DNA from: the human T2T-CHM13v2.0 reference genome, Homo sapiens
Assembly (NCBI RefSeq): GCF_009914755.1
Contig: NC_060925.1
Strand: one strand, 5' to 3'
Length of the DNA: 64,000 nucleotides
Shown here: positions 26,649 through 39,860 of the stretch, piece after piece
Layout: each line of letters starts with the position of its first letter
How positions within the stretch are numbered: position 1 is the stretch's first letter
The notes under the pieces: model-generated
Told to the model about the DNA's origin: nothing
What the model saw: only the letters and a program-made list of their open reading frames with translations
The model's database searches: none
Made by a program: the position numbers and the translations under genes

Positions 26649-27229
26649 CTTTAAGTTGATTTTTTTCCCCTTTCTAAGGTAGTCAACAAGGCTATTGTTG
26701 GTGCAGGGAAAGCTCTGAAAAAACTTTAGTCACTCTTCTCTAGCCCAAGACAAGAATGTGCCACCTCGCATGTGGACAAATGGGGTTGTGGGGAATAGAG
26801 AGTAAGGGCATAACATTTCCAACTACATCTCCCACTCTGAGTATGTGATACGATAGGAGTAGTCCCCAAAGAGGCTCTCTTTGCTAATACATAACATTTT
26901 TTTCTTTTTACCATTTCTGAAAACAATCCATATTCGAGACCATGGAGCTTTAAATTGGAAGAAGTACAGAAATACCTGTGTGGAGTCTCCTGTAGGCTAT
27001 TGTCTGGGTGTTGGTTATGCTTGAGAATTCCACGTTAGCTTAGCCTCTGCATGGTTTAGGAACCCCCAGCCAGGAAAAGCCCAATATTTTGGCAAATTAT
27101 AATTCAGTTTTCAGCAGTTTTCTCACCTCCATAGTGCCCTTTGAAACTTCTCACTGTCCCTTTACTTGAACCAAAAGAGAAGAATGACACTTATTTGTTG
27201 GGGCCAACCTGTCATTACCTCATATAGTA

Positions 27230-27930
27230 CCACCTTTGTCATACATCAGTTTCCCATATATGCAGAATTTTCTAGATCCCCTTTCCTGTTTCAACGGTTG
27301 TTTGTCCCAACCAATACCATATTGTCTTCATTACTATATAGCTGTATAAGTTGGTATCTGGTGAGCTAATTGTATGTTCTTCAGAATTAGCTTAGCTCTT
27401 CTTGACTTTGTCTTTGCTGTAAATTCTAGGATCAGTTTGTTATGTTCCATGAAAACACTGTTGTTATTTTTATTGGAATTACTTTGGATTTATAGGTTAA
27501 TCTGAGAATTCACAGTTTTGAAAAATTTACTCCTTTCATCTGTACACATGTCTCTCTGTTCATTTAGGGCTTTTAATGTCCTTCAGTAATGTTTTACAGT
27601 TTTCTCCTGAGTAGTCTCTTACATTTTTTATTAGTTTATGTCTAAGTAAGTTAGTTTTTCTTTCTACTATGAATGTGACTTTTTTGTTACATTTCCTCAT
27701 TGACTATTGTGTGTAGGAATGCCATTGGTCTTTATGTTGATTCTTATATCTAGCAACCTTGTTGAACTCCCTTACCTAGTTATAATGGTTTGTCCAAAGA
27801 TCTGTTGGAATTATATTAGTGGCAAATAAGAATAGTTGTTTCTTCCTTTCCAATCTTTGTACCTTTTTTTTCTTGTCTTATCCTTATTTGGCTAGGACTC
27901 CAGTACAATATTGGATTAGAAGCAGTGGTA
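27230..27930 (-). mobile_element. Old L1M ORF2 fragment
   Basis: Antisense ORF2 motifs (tttattggaattactttggatttataggttaa; ttggctaggactccagtacaatattg). Confidence 0.65.
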
Positions 27931-28234
27931 CAATGCCAAAGAACTTAATTATCCAGTCTCCTCAGAAAACCTCAGAATATAACACAGCCCTAGAATGAAC
28001 CCTAAGCATGTTATAGTGTAGCCCAAGTATAATCTTTATTGTATTTGTAGGCCAACTAATCATCAACTTAAATTTCTCCTTTTTCTTGTAAAGTATGTTT
28101 ATACTGTTAGGCAGAAAATAAGTGGCATTTGCTCTCAGCCACCACTTATCAGTCAAAACTAAGTAAAATGGTGGGTCACAGGGATACTGCAAAATTTAGA
28201 GTATCCACGTGTAATTAATTTTCTTATTCTATGT

Positions 28235-28448
28235 CACTGATTCTCAACTGGAAGCGATTTTGTCCCCAGGAGATATTGTCAGTGTCTACAGACATTTTTG
28301 GTTGTCACAACTGGGAGAGGGTTCTTCTGGCATCTAGTAGGTAGAGAGGTAAGGGATGCTGCTAAACATCCTATGGTGTACAGGCCAGCCCCCCAACAAA
28401 GAATTATCTGTTCCAGAATGTCAATAATGCCAAGGTTGTGAAATCCTG
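28235..28448 (+). mobile_element. MER20 (hAT-Charlie DNA transposon)
   Basis: gacatttttggttgtcacaactggg..ctggcatctagt..gatgctgctaaacatcct; 8-bp TSD ttctatgt / ctctatgt. Confidence 0.88.
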
Positions 28449-29204
28449 CTCTATGTGAGTGACTTATTGTATCTCATAAGTTGAATATATTGAGCTTGGT
28501 TGTAGGAAAGAATTCGGTTTATGTTTGGCAAGGGACTTTAACTTTTCCCTGGAAGTTAACCTTTCTTACAGAAGTTTAACCTACTGGCCAGAGGAGATAA
28601 ATTAATAGCATGGGAATATATTCATGGCCTGGACCATAATGTGTTATTCTTCAAGTATTTGTTGAGCTAAAAGCTACATGTTTCAACCTAAAGTAGATTT
28701 GTGGGGACATTCTAAATGAGTGCAGACCTACAGAAATGTTTGTCTACCTCTGTATGGTTATTCCAAGTCTGAAAAGATAACCCCAATAGCAGTAGGACAA
28801 AATAGGTTATCAATATGTCAGGCTGGATTATTTATTTAATCTGAGCTTTAATAAAACCAGAAGCTATTTACTTTTTGTTCTTATGATAGTGTTATATCCA
28901 CATTATAAAAAGTTCAATTAAAGAAAACTATACAGTAAAAAATGCATGCCCGACCTATCAAATTCCCATCTCCAAATTTAATAAAAACATCTATCTTTGA
29001 CTAAATTCCTGTAATGCTAGCCTAGTTTCTTTCAGTCTCAGGCTCTGAAGAATGATTTTTCACCTCCCTCAAACCTTTGCCCAATCTAAGACCCTTACAT
29101 ATACTCTAGTACTGTCAGAGCTAAAAGCATAAAAAGTATCGTCCTTACTCCACATAGACTTGTGATGCATTGGTTACATTATTTTTTATTTGGTCGAATT
29201 AGCT

Positions 29205-31240
29205 GTAAAAATGATTATAAGAGAGTACTTTGAACAAATATATGCCAACAAATTGAATAACCTAGAAAATGGACAAATTTCTGGAAACTCGAAACCTACC
29301 AACACAAAATCACAAAGAACATCTGAACAGACCTATAACTAGTAAGGAGCTTATAGATCAGTAATCAGAAACCTCCCAAAAAAGAAAGACCGTGAACCTG
29401 ATGGCTTCACTGGTGAATGATAAAACATTAAAGACAAATTAATACCAATCCTTCTAAAATTTTTCCAAAAAATTAAAGCTGAGGGAACACTTCCTAATTT
29501 ATTCTGTGAGGCTAGGATTATCCTGATACCAAAGTCAGACATAGACACTACAAGAAAACCACAGATCAATATCTATTATGAGCAATTTATGCAGAAATCC
29601 TCAACAAAACACTATAATTTTAATTTCAGCAGCGTATTACAAGGATTATATAACATGACTGAGTGGGATTTATTCCTGAAATGCAAGGATGGTTCAACAT
29701 GAAAATCAATGTAATATACCATATTAACAGAATGAAGGAAAAAAATCTCGGTGCAGAAAAAGTATTTGACAAAATTCAACACCCTTTCATGATTAAAAAA
29801 ATGATAATAACAAACTAATAGACTCTACCTCAACATAAAAGCCATATATGGAAAAGCCATATATGGAAAACCCACAGCAAATACACTGAATGGTGAAAGA
29901 CTGAAAGCTTTTCCTCTGAGATCAGGAACAAAGCAAGAATGTACACTTTCACCACTTCTATTGAACATAGTACTGGAAATTCTAGTCAGAATTGGAAAGA
30001 TAAAATTATCTCTGTTCACAGATGATATGATTGTATATGTAGAAAACCCTAAAGATTACACACACACACTATTAGAACAAGTAAATGAATCCAGCAAAGT
30101 AGCGGGATACAAAGTCAACATAAAAGTCACATTTCTGTATACTAACAATGAGCAATCTGAAAATTACAAAATTCCATTTACTAAAGCATCAAAAAGAATA
30201 AAATAGGAACTAACTTAACCAAGGAGGTAAAATATTTGTGCAATGAAAACTATAAAACGTTGCTGAAAAAAATTAAAGGCAAATAAATGGAAACATATCA
30301 CCTGCTCCTGGATTGAAAGACAATATCGTTAAGATGTCAGTACTACTCAAATCAATATATAGATTCAATACAATCCCTATTGTAGTGTTTTTTACAGAAA
30401 TAGAAAACCCCATTCAAAAATTCATATGGAATCTCAAGGGACCCCTAATAACCAAAACATCTTGAAAAAGAACAAAGCTAGAAGACTTATTTCCTGATTT
30501 CAAAACTTACTACAAAGCTACAGTAATCAAAGTACTGTGGTACTTGCGTAAAAACATAAACCTACGGGATAGAGAGCCCAGAAATAAACCCTCGCATATA
30601 TGGTCAAATGATTTTTGACAGGGTGCCAAGACACCCATAAGGAAAGGAGTCTTTTCAGATGGCGCTGGGGAACTGTATCTCCACATGCAAAAGAATGAAG
30701 TTGTATCCTTACCTAACACTGTATACAAAAATTAACTCAAAATGAATCAAAGACCTTAATGTAAGACCTAAGCCTGTAAGTCTTACTGAAGATAACATAG
30801 GGCAAAAGCTTCACATCGTTGAATTTGGCAGTGACTTTATAGGTATGACACTAAAGGCACAGGCAACAAAGGGAAAAACAGATTGGACTTAATGAAAATT
30901 TAAGATGTGTGTCATAGACAATATAAACAGAAAGCAACCCACAGAATGGGAGAAAGCATATGCAAATTATCTAGCTGATAAGGGATTAATATCCAGAATG
31001 TATAGAGAACTGAAACTCAGCAACAGAAATAATTCAGAAATGGGCAAAGAACTTGAATACACATTTCTCTGAAGAAGATTGCCAATAAATACATTTTTTA
31101 GAATGCTTAATATCAGGACTAATTAGGGAAATGCAAATCAAGGGTACAGTGAGATACCACATCCCACCCAATGGGATGGCTACTATCAAAAAATAAATAA
31201 CAAGTGTTTGGTGAGGATGTGGAGAAATTTAAAGACCTGA
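29205..31240 (+). mobile_element. L1MA/MB-type ORF2 fragment
   Basis: RT remnant incl. LFTDDMIVY in ORF 29961-30206; many frameshifts. Confidence 0.85.
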
Positions 31241-31749
31241 TTGGATTGTTAAAGCTACAAAGACAGTAAAAGGAAATCTCTGTGAACCTGGATGGGAAAG
31301 AACTTAAATCCCTCAAAGCCCTTCTGTAAATACAAAAAACAGGGTTTCTGTTCAATGGACAAGACAAAGTTAACAGACTGGTGAAAATTTGGAAGAAAAC
31401 TTTTGGAGTTTATAAGAGCAAAAGATTAATGTCAAGAAGATAACAGGACATTTTTGCAAAATAAAATGAGAAAACTGAGCTAACGGATATGAATAGACAA
31501 TTTATAAAGGGAAATCTAAATCATGAAAAAATGCTCAACCTCACTAGTAGAGAAGTGCAAGGTGAGAGCTGTCATGTTCTATATGTTTTATCAAATTGGT
31601 GAAAAATAGCCAGATAATACCGGTTATGGTTTGGGGAATACTGGAATCCTCATGCACTCAGCAGATGAGGGTATAAACTGATGAGGCCATGCCAGAGAAC
31701 ATCTGGACAGTATTAGGGAAATCATGTATGTGTATAGAGCACAGGAATA

Positions 31750-31990
31750 AGGATTCTGATGCTGGAATTGAACTGCCTGGGTTCAGACGCTGGCTCTGTC
31801 ACTTAACTAGCGGCAGGACCTGGAGCAGGTGACTTCGTCCCTCAATTTCCTCATCAGTAAAATGTGCACAGTGTCAAAACCCATGTCATAGAGTTGTTGT
31901 AAGGCTAAACTTAGCTGATAAATCTCAAGCCCTAGAGCAGGGCTAGCACATAGGAAACACTTCGTCAGTGTGAGGTAGATTAGTGTCATT
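31750..31990 (+). mobile_element. MIR
   Basis: ctgggttcagacgctggctctgtcacttaactag..cctcaatttcctcatcagtaaaatg core. Confidence 0.75.
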
Positions 31991-32263
31991 GTTACACTGT
32001 AACCTACTAGCTGCTCTTGGAATCAGGCACTGGGAGTGAGATTAGGAATGAAGGGGAAATTTTACATGGAACAGTTACAAAACAGTCATAAAACTAGTCA
32101 CAAGAGTCAGGTCTTTGCAGTTACCTATGAATTAAGTCACAGTGAACTAAGGAGTGTCTTCACCTGTTTATCGAATATAGAAATAAACCAGGCATATTCC
32201 TTATGAACAAACTAGCAAGGAGAGGAAAACCTGAAGAAAAGCCACCTGTAAAACAATTCCCGT

Positions 32264-32543
32264 GGCCGGGCACGGTGGCTCACGCCTGTAATCCCAGCGC
32301 TTTGGGAGGCCGAGGTGGGCAGATCACCTGAGGTCGGGAGTTTGAGACCAGCCTGGCCAACATGGTGAAACCCCATCTCTACTAAAAATACAAAAATTAG
32401 CTGGGTGTAGTGGCAGGCACCTGTAATCCCAGCTACTCAGGAGGCTGAAGCAGGAGAATCGCTTGAACCCGGGAGGCGGAGGTTGCAGTGAGCCAAGATG
32501 GCACCTTTGTACTCCAGCCTGGGACGAGTGAGTCTAAAAAAAG
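32264..32543 (+). mobile_element. AluSx/Sp-like
   Basis: Full dimer; TSD aaacaattcccgt / aaacaattcgcat. Confidence 0.9.
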
Positions 32544-32599
32544 AAACAATTCGCATTTATTATTGTTTGGGGTTTTTGGGGGGGGGGTGGTTGGTTTGG

Positions 32600-32890
32600 G
32601 TTTTTGTTTTGAGACAGAGTCTCGCTCTGTCACCCAGGCTGCACTGCCGTGGCACTATCTTGGCTCACTGAAACCTCCATCTCCCAGGTTCAAGAGATTC
32701 TCATGCCTCGGCCTCCCGAGTAGCTGGGATTACAGGTGCACACTACCATGCCCAGCTAATTTTTGCATTTTTAGTAAAGACAGGGTTTCACCATGTTGGC
32801 CAGACTGGTCTCAAACTCCTGGCCTCAAGCGATCCGCCCACCTTGACCTCCCAAAGTGTTGGAGTACAGGCATGAGCCACCACAATGGCC
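32600..32890 (-). mobile_element. Alu (J/old S), antisense
   Basis: Full dimer on - strand. Confidence 0.88.
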
Positions 32891-33019
32891 TTGTTTTGTT
32901 TTGTTTTTATAGAGACAGGGAGTTGCCATGTTGTCCAGACTGATCTTGGCCTCAAGTGATCCTCCCGCCTTGGCCTTCCAAAGTGCCAGGATTACACACA
33001 TGAGCCACTGCGCCCAGCC
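32891..33019 (-). mobile_element. FLAM/AluJ left monomer
   Basis: Left-arm sequence with (TTTTG)n tail. Confidence 0.75.
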
Positions 33020-34395
33020 TATTGTTGATTATTAAGAGGAGTATTTCAGCCACATGGGTTAGATTGCTGGAGGCCCTTGTATAAAATGCAGACTTCTGAA
33101 TGCCACCCCACCAGCCAAATCAGAATCTGAGGCCAGAGTCTGCTGCACACTAAAATGTGCACCTGATTTGCCCACAGCCCAAGTTAAACTAGAAGTAACA
33201 GTTGCTGAATTTGCTTTATTATTGCCTGATTGTCAGACCCAAGCTTTTCAGAAACCATTGGCATCTGTGTTAAGCTGTTGTGGGAGAAAGACAGACAAGC
33301 AAGTCGTCATTTTTATTGCCAGAAACTATTCTGAGATTTTAATGTGAAAAGTGGAAATTTTTTAATTGAGTTAGAAGAAAAACCTGGAGATTCGTGAACA
33401 ATTAACAATAGGTGCAATCAATGAACCCCCTGCCAGCCGTTAAGCCTTCTAGTAGCCATGTTTTATGACTTTATGTAACCTAAATCATGTTTTAACAAAT
33501 TTTAACCACAAAAGCATGGGGTTAGTATTTCCATTTTAAAAGAGAAATGACTACACTTTTGAGGGTGATTGTATCTCCCTGGATCTTTGAATTAGCCTAA
33601 GAAAATATCCAAATATGGCCTGGTGCAATTTGAATTGAGACCTCTGATTCTAGACTAACTTGCTAGGGTACAGTTAATGAAGTTCTGTCTCATTCCAAAT
33701 CAAAATACTGTACTGCACTTGAGTAACAAATTCTATGTGCTTCCTTGCTTTTACTTAAAACTGATTCCCCTCTTAAAGGAAAACTCATTTCTGTCTCTCT
33801 GTTTTTCCTTCTCTAAAAGGAGCCTTTTATTCTGTGTTCATATTGGTTAAAGTAGTCTCCGAGTGCCCTTTGTTATTTGAGCTGCCTGGTAGCAGGAGGG
33901 CTTCTGCAGTCATGGGACTTTCCCAGGGGCACATCTTACTATTGTTTGAAAGTGACATGAGGTTCCCTGTTACAGCACAAGCTTATTTTACCCACTCCCT
34001 CTCTCTGAACTCACAGAAAAGGGAAAAGGACAGTTAGGAGAACATATCAAATGATGAGAGTGTTTCATAACATACTGAGCTGTGCATTTTGAAGCAGTAA
34101 AGAGGATTTTTCCAGTAACACTAATCCACAGCAATTTAGAAACCATCAGTACATACACCTGTTCCTGAAGGCAGTCATGAGCTTTCCAGGCTCCTTTAAA
34201 TATGGAAGAGAAATACCTCCAGTAGTGCCTAAACCAAATAATCTCTCTTCCCTTATACTTCTATTGTTAGAGTTTAATCTTTCATGTTAGCCTTTTTTTT
34301 TTCATTTTTTGTCAGTGTGCATCTCACTTTTGGATTTCCACTTAATCTTTCATTTGTTTACAGTGCAGTTGTCTCCCTTCATATTTTATTTAGAT

Positions 34396-34585
34396 CAGTG
34401 GTTCTTAAGTTTGGCTGCAATTTAGAATCACCTAGCGAGTTTTTAAAAGTCCCAGTTCTCAGGCTGCACACCAGACCAATTCTATCAGAATCTGTGGGTG
34501 GGAGGCCAGGCTAGGATCCAGGCATTAACAATTTTTGAAAGCTCCCCCAGGTGACCTGAATATCTAGCTCAGGTTGAGAACCAAT
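34396..34585. mobile_element. MER5A-like hAT DNA transposon
   Basis: TIRs cagtggttct..agaaccaat; 8-bp TSD atttagat on both sides. Confidence 0.8.
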
Positions 34586-34941
34586 ATTTAGATTGTTGGT
34601 CTATAAGCATTACAGAGACTTTTGAACAGTGGTCCTCAAACTTTAGAGGGCAACAGAATCCCTGGAGGACTTATTAAAACACATAAATTAAAAATTGGAT
34701 TAGAAAGGGAAGCATCAGAGGATCCATCCTGAGCTCTGCGTGAATGTGAATGGGGTCCCTTCGATATCATGATTATATGAGTTGGGGGATGGGAGGGCAC
34801 AAAAGAAGACACCACCCAACCCTTAGGAAGCTCAGGATCTTGCAAAGGAGGTAGAGCTCACACCTGGGCAGCAGCAAGTTTTCTGAGCAGCCATGAAGCA
34901 GCAGAGAGAGCCTGGGGCTGACAATGCCTTTACTCCCATTC

Positions 34942-35498
34942 TGTCAGAGGTGTTTGAACCAGAGCAACTCCATCTTGAGTAGGGGCTGGGTAAAATGAGA
35001 CCTACTGGTCATCTGCATTCCCAGATGGTTAAGGCATTCTAAATCACAGGATGAGATAGGGAGTCGGCACAAGATACAGGCCATAAAGACCTTGCTTGTA
35101 AAACAGGTTGTAGTAAAGAAGCCAGCCAAGACCCACCAAAAGCAAGATGGCCATGAGAGTGACCTTTGGTCATCCGCACTGCTACACTCCCACCAGCGCC
35201 ATGGGAGCTTACAAATGCCATGGCAATGTTAGGAAGTTACTCTATATGGTCTAAAAAGGGGAGGCATGAATAACGAATAATCCACCCCTTGTTTAGCATA
35301 TCATCAAGAAATAACCATAAAAATGGGCAACCAGCAGCCCTCGGGGCTGCTCTGTCTATGGAGTAGCCATTCTTTATTCCTCTACTTTCTTAGTAAACTT
35401 GCTTTCACTTTACTCTGTGGACTGGCCCTGCATTCTTTATTGCACAAGATCCAAGGGCCCTCTCTTGGGGTCTGGATCAGGACCCCTTTCCTGTAACA
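34942..35498 (+). mobile_element. MER41A solo LTR (ERV1)
   Basis: TG..CA ends, 557 bp, tgtcagaggtgtttgaaccagagcaactccatcttg start; 4-bp TSD attc/gttc; lacks the MER41B internal segments. Confidence 0.88.
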
Positions 35499-35764
35499 GT
35501 TCCATCTGGGGCAGATCACCTAACCTCCCCTGAAGTTCCATGCTGACTTCTGCAAAATTGGAACATTAACAGTGTTTTGACTGCTTGCAACAGTGTAGTT
35601 ACTCGCAAAAGGATTATTTGAAAACATCCATAATTCCCTTTCCCCCTCCCTAACAATAACAAAATATTTTGAAACTACAAAAAGAAAAAATGGTTTTGTA
35701 TTTGAATGTGTTAAATAGGGCCATTTCCTCTCCAGTTCACTACAGTCCCCACCACTCACTATAG

Positions 35765-36057
<293 letters not shown>

Positions 36058-36094
36058 CCTATAGTCTTTTGACTGATGTTTCTTTACCAACTCA

Positions 36095-36270
36095 GGTGTT
36101 GTCATGTGATGCCTAGAACTGGGCATCCCATCTTATGACCAAGATAAAGGCTGGCCCTTGAGCAAAGCTGGTCCTCAGAGAACAGAAGGGAAAGATGGAA
36201 AGAACCTAGCCCCATAATGATTTTCTTGTGCTACTGAACTAACCCTACAAGAGCCTTACTTCTGGACTTT
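36095..36270. mobile_element. Old MLT1-type MaLR LTR fragment
   Basis: agatggaaagaacctag..ctactgaactaacc..cttacttctggactt motifs. Confidence 0.45.
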
Positions 36271-36302
36271 TAAGAAAGAAAAAAGAAAAATGGGAGAAAG
36301 AT

Positions 36303-36396
36303 AGGGAAGAAGAAAAAAGGAGAGAAAGGAGAAAAAAGAGAGGAGAGGGAGGGAGGAAAGAAGGAGGGAAAAAGAGGAAGAAGAAAGGGGGAAAAA
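36303..36396 (+). repeat. Uninterrupted 94-nt polypurine (GA-rich) tract
   Basis: Only A/G on the + strand across the span. Confidence 0.9.
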
Positions 36397-39300
36397 CATC
36401 AGCCACCTTTAAGAATTTTACATGTGCTGGTAAGAAATAATATAGCTTAAAAAATAGATTTCTGCTTGTGTAGCCCAATTTATTAATTTTTAAAACTATG
36501 ATCAGATGGTATTGATTAGTGGTCTCAAAATAAGGGAGAGAAACACCTATTTCTTGTGTTATTTTTTATTAAAGCAGGGAACAAATGGGACCTTCACAGT
36601 CCTTAAAGATGAAATACCCCCAAACCAAACCAGAGTTCACTGGCAAAGCAAAGCAGTGTCCTTACATCTCGGAGGGCCCTGACCCGCCTCTGTCCCGAAC
36701 CCCACCAGCAGCGGCTCTGCTAGAAAGGGAACATTTTGTTCCTTTATTGTGGTAAACCAGACCCAGGGCCCCGCTGGTTCTCAAGTCAGCTGTGAAGCTG
36801 ACACACTGCCTCTCAGGGTCAGTTTGGCCCCCACAGCAGGCCCTGGGGAAGCAGCCACGCCCTCAGCTCCCTTGGGGCCCTGTCTTCCATTCCTTAACAG
36901 GACCAGCTTCTTCAGAGACTCTGGACTCTCATAAACGTTGAAGCCAGATTGTTTCCCTCTTTGCTTTTGTTTTGATGTATTTTTAAATAATTAGGCTTTT
37001 ACTCTCAAGTATTTTCATTCTCCATCACTGGCTGAGGGGCAGCTCTCACACCACACTAGGGCAAGGCATGCTACTATGGTATCCAGTAAACAGTTGCCAA
37101 ACAAAGTCAAAAGTTCTCTTTGGCCAAAGCCAAAATCAAGTTCTCTTTTGTACTTGTTGTTCTTCCATCTGCCCTGAGCTATGTCATAGCTGTCAAAATA
37201 TGTCACCCCCTGCACCTCCGTGCAGGGTTTAAGAAAAGCAGCTCCTTGGACTTTTGCCAGCGACTTTCTTGCAACATCTTAATTATCCATTTTTTGCTTA
37301 GCAAGTAAGTCTAGAAAGAACTGCTTCTTTTATTCTTGGAAAGTAAGTACTTGGGAATGTTCAATGAAAACCAGTATGTGCTGAACTCCTGCTCTGTGCT
37401 AGGTTCTGGGGAAGGGGAGGCAGTCCCTGACCAAGGGGATCTCACAGTCAGTGAGGAGAGTGTCCCCTGAGGTCGCTGGGAAGAAGCAACACATTTCCCT
37501 GTCCAGTGGCAACTACCTCCTCATCACCTAATCCCTGCGCCCGGAGCACAAACTCATCCTAAGCAAAGGCAACTGAGCAGCTGTTTTCCTGTTCACCCCA
37601 CCTCAGGTCCTCACTACTTTCCTACCGATACCATTCTAAGTTCCCAACGCATTTTGTGAAAGTAAGTCAGTTTGATTCATCATATAGTCATTGGTTCTGA
37701 TGTTGTGGTTCTAAGCTTATTTTATACATTGTTATCTAATTTATTCTTTCTTAACAACCCTGTATAGTAGAGATACTTCTTCTTGAATTACAACCAGAAA
37801 ATTTGGAGAGGTTGAAGAACTTGCCTACAGTCACCCAGTAAGGAGGTGGAGCCAGGATTCAAACTCTGGTCTGATTCTCGGCCCTGGTGGACACTGGCTT
37901 TCAGAGCTGTAACTTGCAGTTTTGGTGCCCAGAACCTGCAGCACAAAAGCTCCGCAAATGACTTTGTGATTTATTATGAAACTCAAAGAAAGAACAAGCT
38001 TCCTACTTTAATTTTCCTTGCTAATGACAGTTTTCAGCTGAAGAAATCCATGTGCTGTCAACATGTAAATATAACCTTTTTTTTTTTCCAATGTCTGTTC
38101 CCGGGACAGAGCCTCCCAGTAGGCCTTGCACTGTGCTGCATGTGGTCCCTGGAGTTTTACAGCCTCACTACAGACACAAAACAGAGTGGTTAACACAAGC
38201 AATCCTGAATTGCATAAATGTGCTGGATGCCCATGCTAGACTAAGAAAGTTCTTCGTATTCAGGAGAAACACTGTGGCCCTGAGAGGCCAGGGAAGGCCA
38301 CGTGGAAGAGGAGAGTCCATGGGTGGGTAGGATTTAGGACCAGGGGAGAAGAATTGCAAGCAAGAGCTGGAAATATACAGTTGAGGCTGGGAAGAGCTCA
38401 CACTGAGAAGTGGCAACACATAAAGTTGGAAAAGTAGGTTGGAGCCAAATTGCTCAGGATTTTAAGTGCCAGAAGGAGGAATTGGAGAATGGAAGCTGGG
38501 AGACCAGGCAGGAAACAGCTGTTCTCCAGGAGAGAGAGAGCAAGGGTCTGTCCCAAAGTGGGAGCACAGGTAGGAAACAATTGAGAGGCATTTTGAAGGA
38601 TGAAGGCTCCTCTGTCTCCTGTGCCCAGGAGCCCTGCCCTCTGCTAGGCTCTGGGACTAGTAATGCTGATTAACTGATCTGCCAGTGGATGCATTGGCCC
38701 TCCCTGATGACCCGGCACCCTTCTTGGAGAAGAGTGGGACTCTGGCCCCCTATCCCTCCATGTTCAATTGCCCACATCACTCAACTCTTCCTGTCCACCA
38801 CACTTACCCTCCCAAGTGTATTTCCTCATCTGCAAAAACAGCATGAGAAAGCTCCTCCTTCCTAAGTTTATTGTGAGGTTGAATAAGGTCATGCGTGGAA
38901 GATGCAAAGCACAGGGCCTGGCGCTTGTAACCGCTCAGCAGATGGGAACCGCCAGCATAAATATTCTGCACCCTTGGTCAGCTGGGACCCATTATTGAGA
39001 GTGGCTATTCTCGTCTCTCTCTATGAAATGTTAGACACTAGCAGACAGCTGAAGGTGAAATCAAGCAAGTTTGAACTGTGGTCTCTCTCTGGGGCTCCTT
39101 GTCAGGTAAGTTGGACATAAGCAACTTCCTAACAAAAGAGCCAGAAGTTGTTTCATTCTGACAGTGAAGCATGACTTCATAGTTTCTTATTCTATAAGTT
39201 GTACAGACAGACTTTTCTTCCTTTTTGTGTTTATGCCATGATGTCTTGGAGCCAAGCTATAGCAGAGCCCCTGGATAGGAATTTAGGATGCTTTTGGACC

Positions 39301-39694
39301 CCTTCCATAGAGGTCAAGTCCTGGGAATACTGGAAGGGCCTTCACACAAGAGCTCCCTCATCCCATCCCTGTATGTCTTGGACATAGAAAGAGAGGAGGA
39401 ACTGACATTTAACGACAATGTGCTGTGGCTTTGACACGTGTCATGTTATGTAACCCTCACACCAGTCCTATGAGATAGGGATTGTTATCTGCACTGTTGT
39501 AAGTAAGGAAATAGTCTTGATTGAAGGGCCTTACCCAAACTCACACATCTAGTCATCACTGCAACCAACATTCTGCCTCTTGGTGCCCCTCGCTGAAGCT
39601 CCTTATTTCCTGCATACTCTCCTCCTCCCAGGGCTGCTGAGGCCACATGGTAAGCCTACTGCTGCTGTTCCTATGAGTTTCCTTTTTCAATGTG

Positions 39695-39860
39695 TTTTTT
39701 AGGAGACGAGGCCTCACTGTGTTGCACCACCTGGAGTGCCATGGCTATTCACAGGCACAATTGTAGCTTACTACAGACATGAACTCCTAGGCTCAAGTAA
39801 TCCTCTTGCCTCAGCCACTCGAGTGCAGGGACTACAGGTGTGTGCCACCATGCCTGGCCT
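39695..39860 (-). mobile_element. FRAM/AluJ right monomer
   Basis: Diverged Alu right-arm sequence. Confidence 0.75.

Noticed and set aside
29837-29866. 15-bp tandem duplication AAAAGCCATATATGG x2
   Set aside because: Slippage inside a dead L1 fragment
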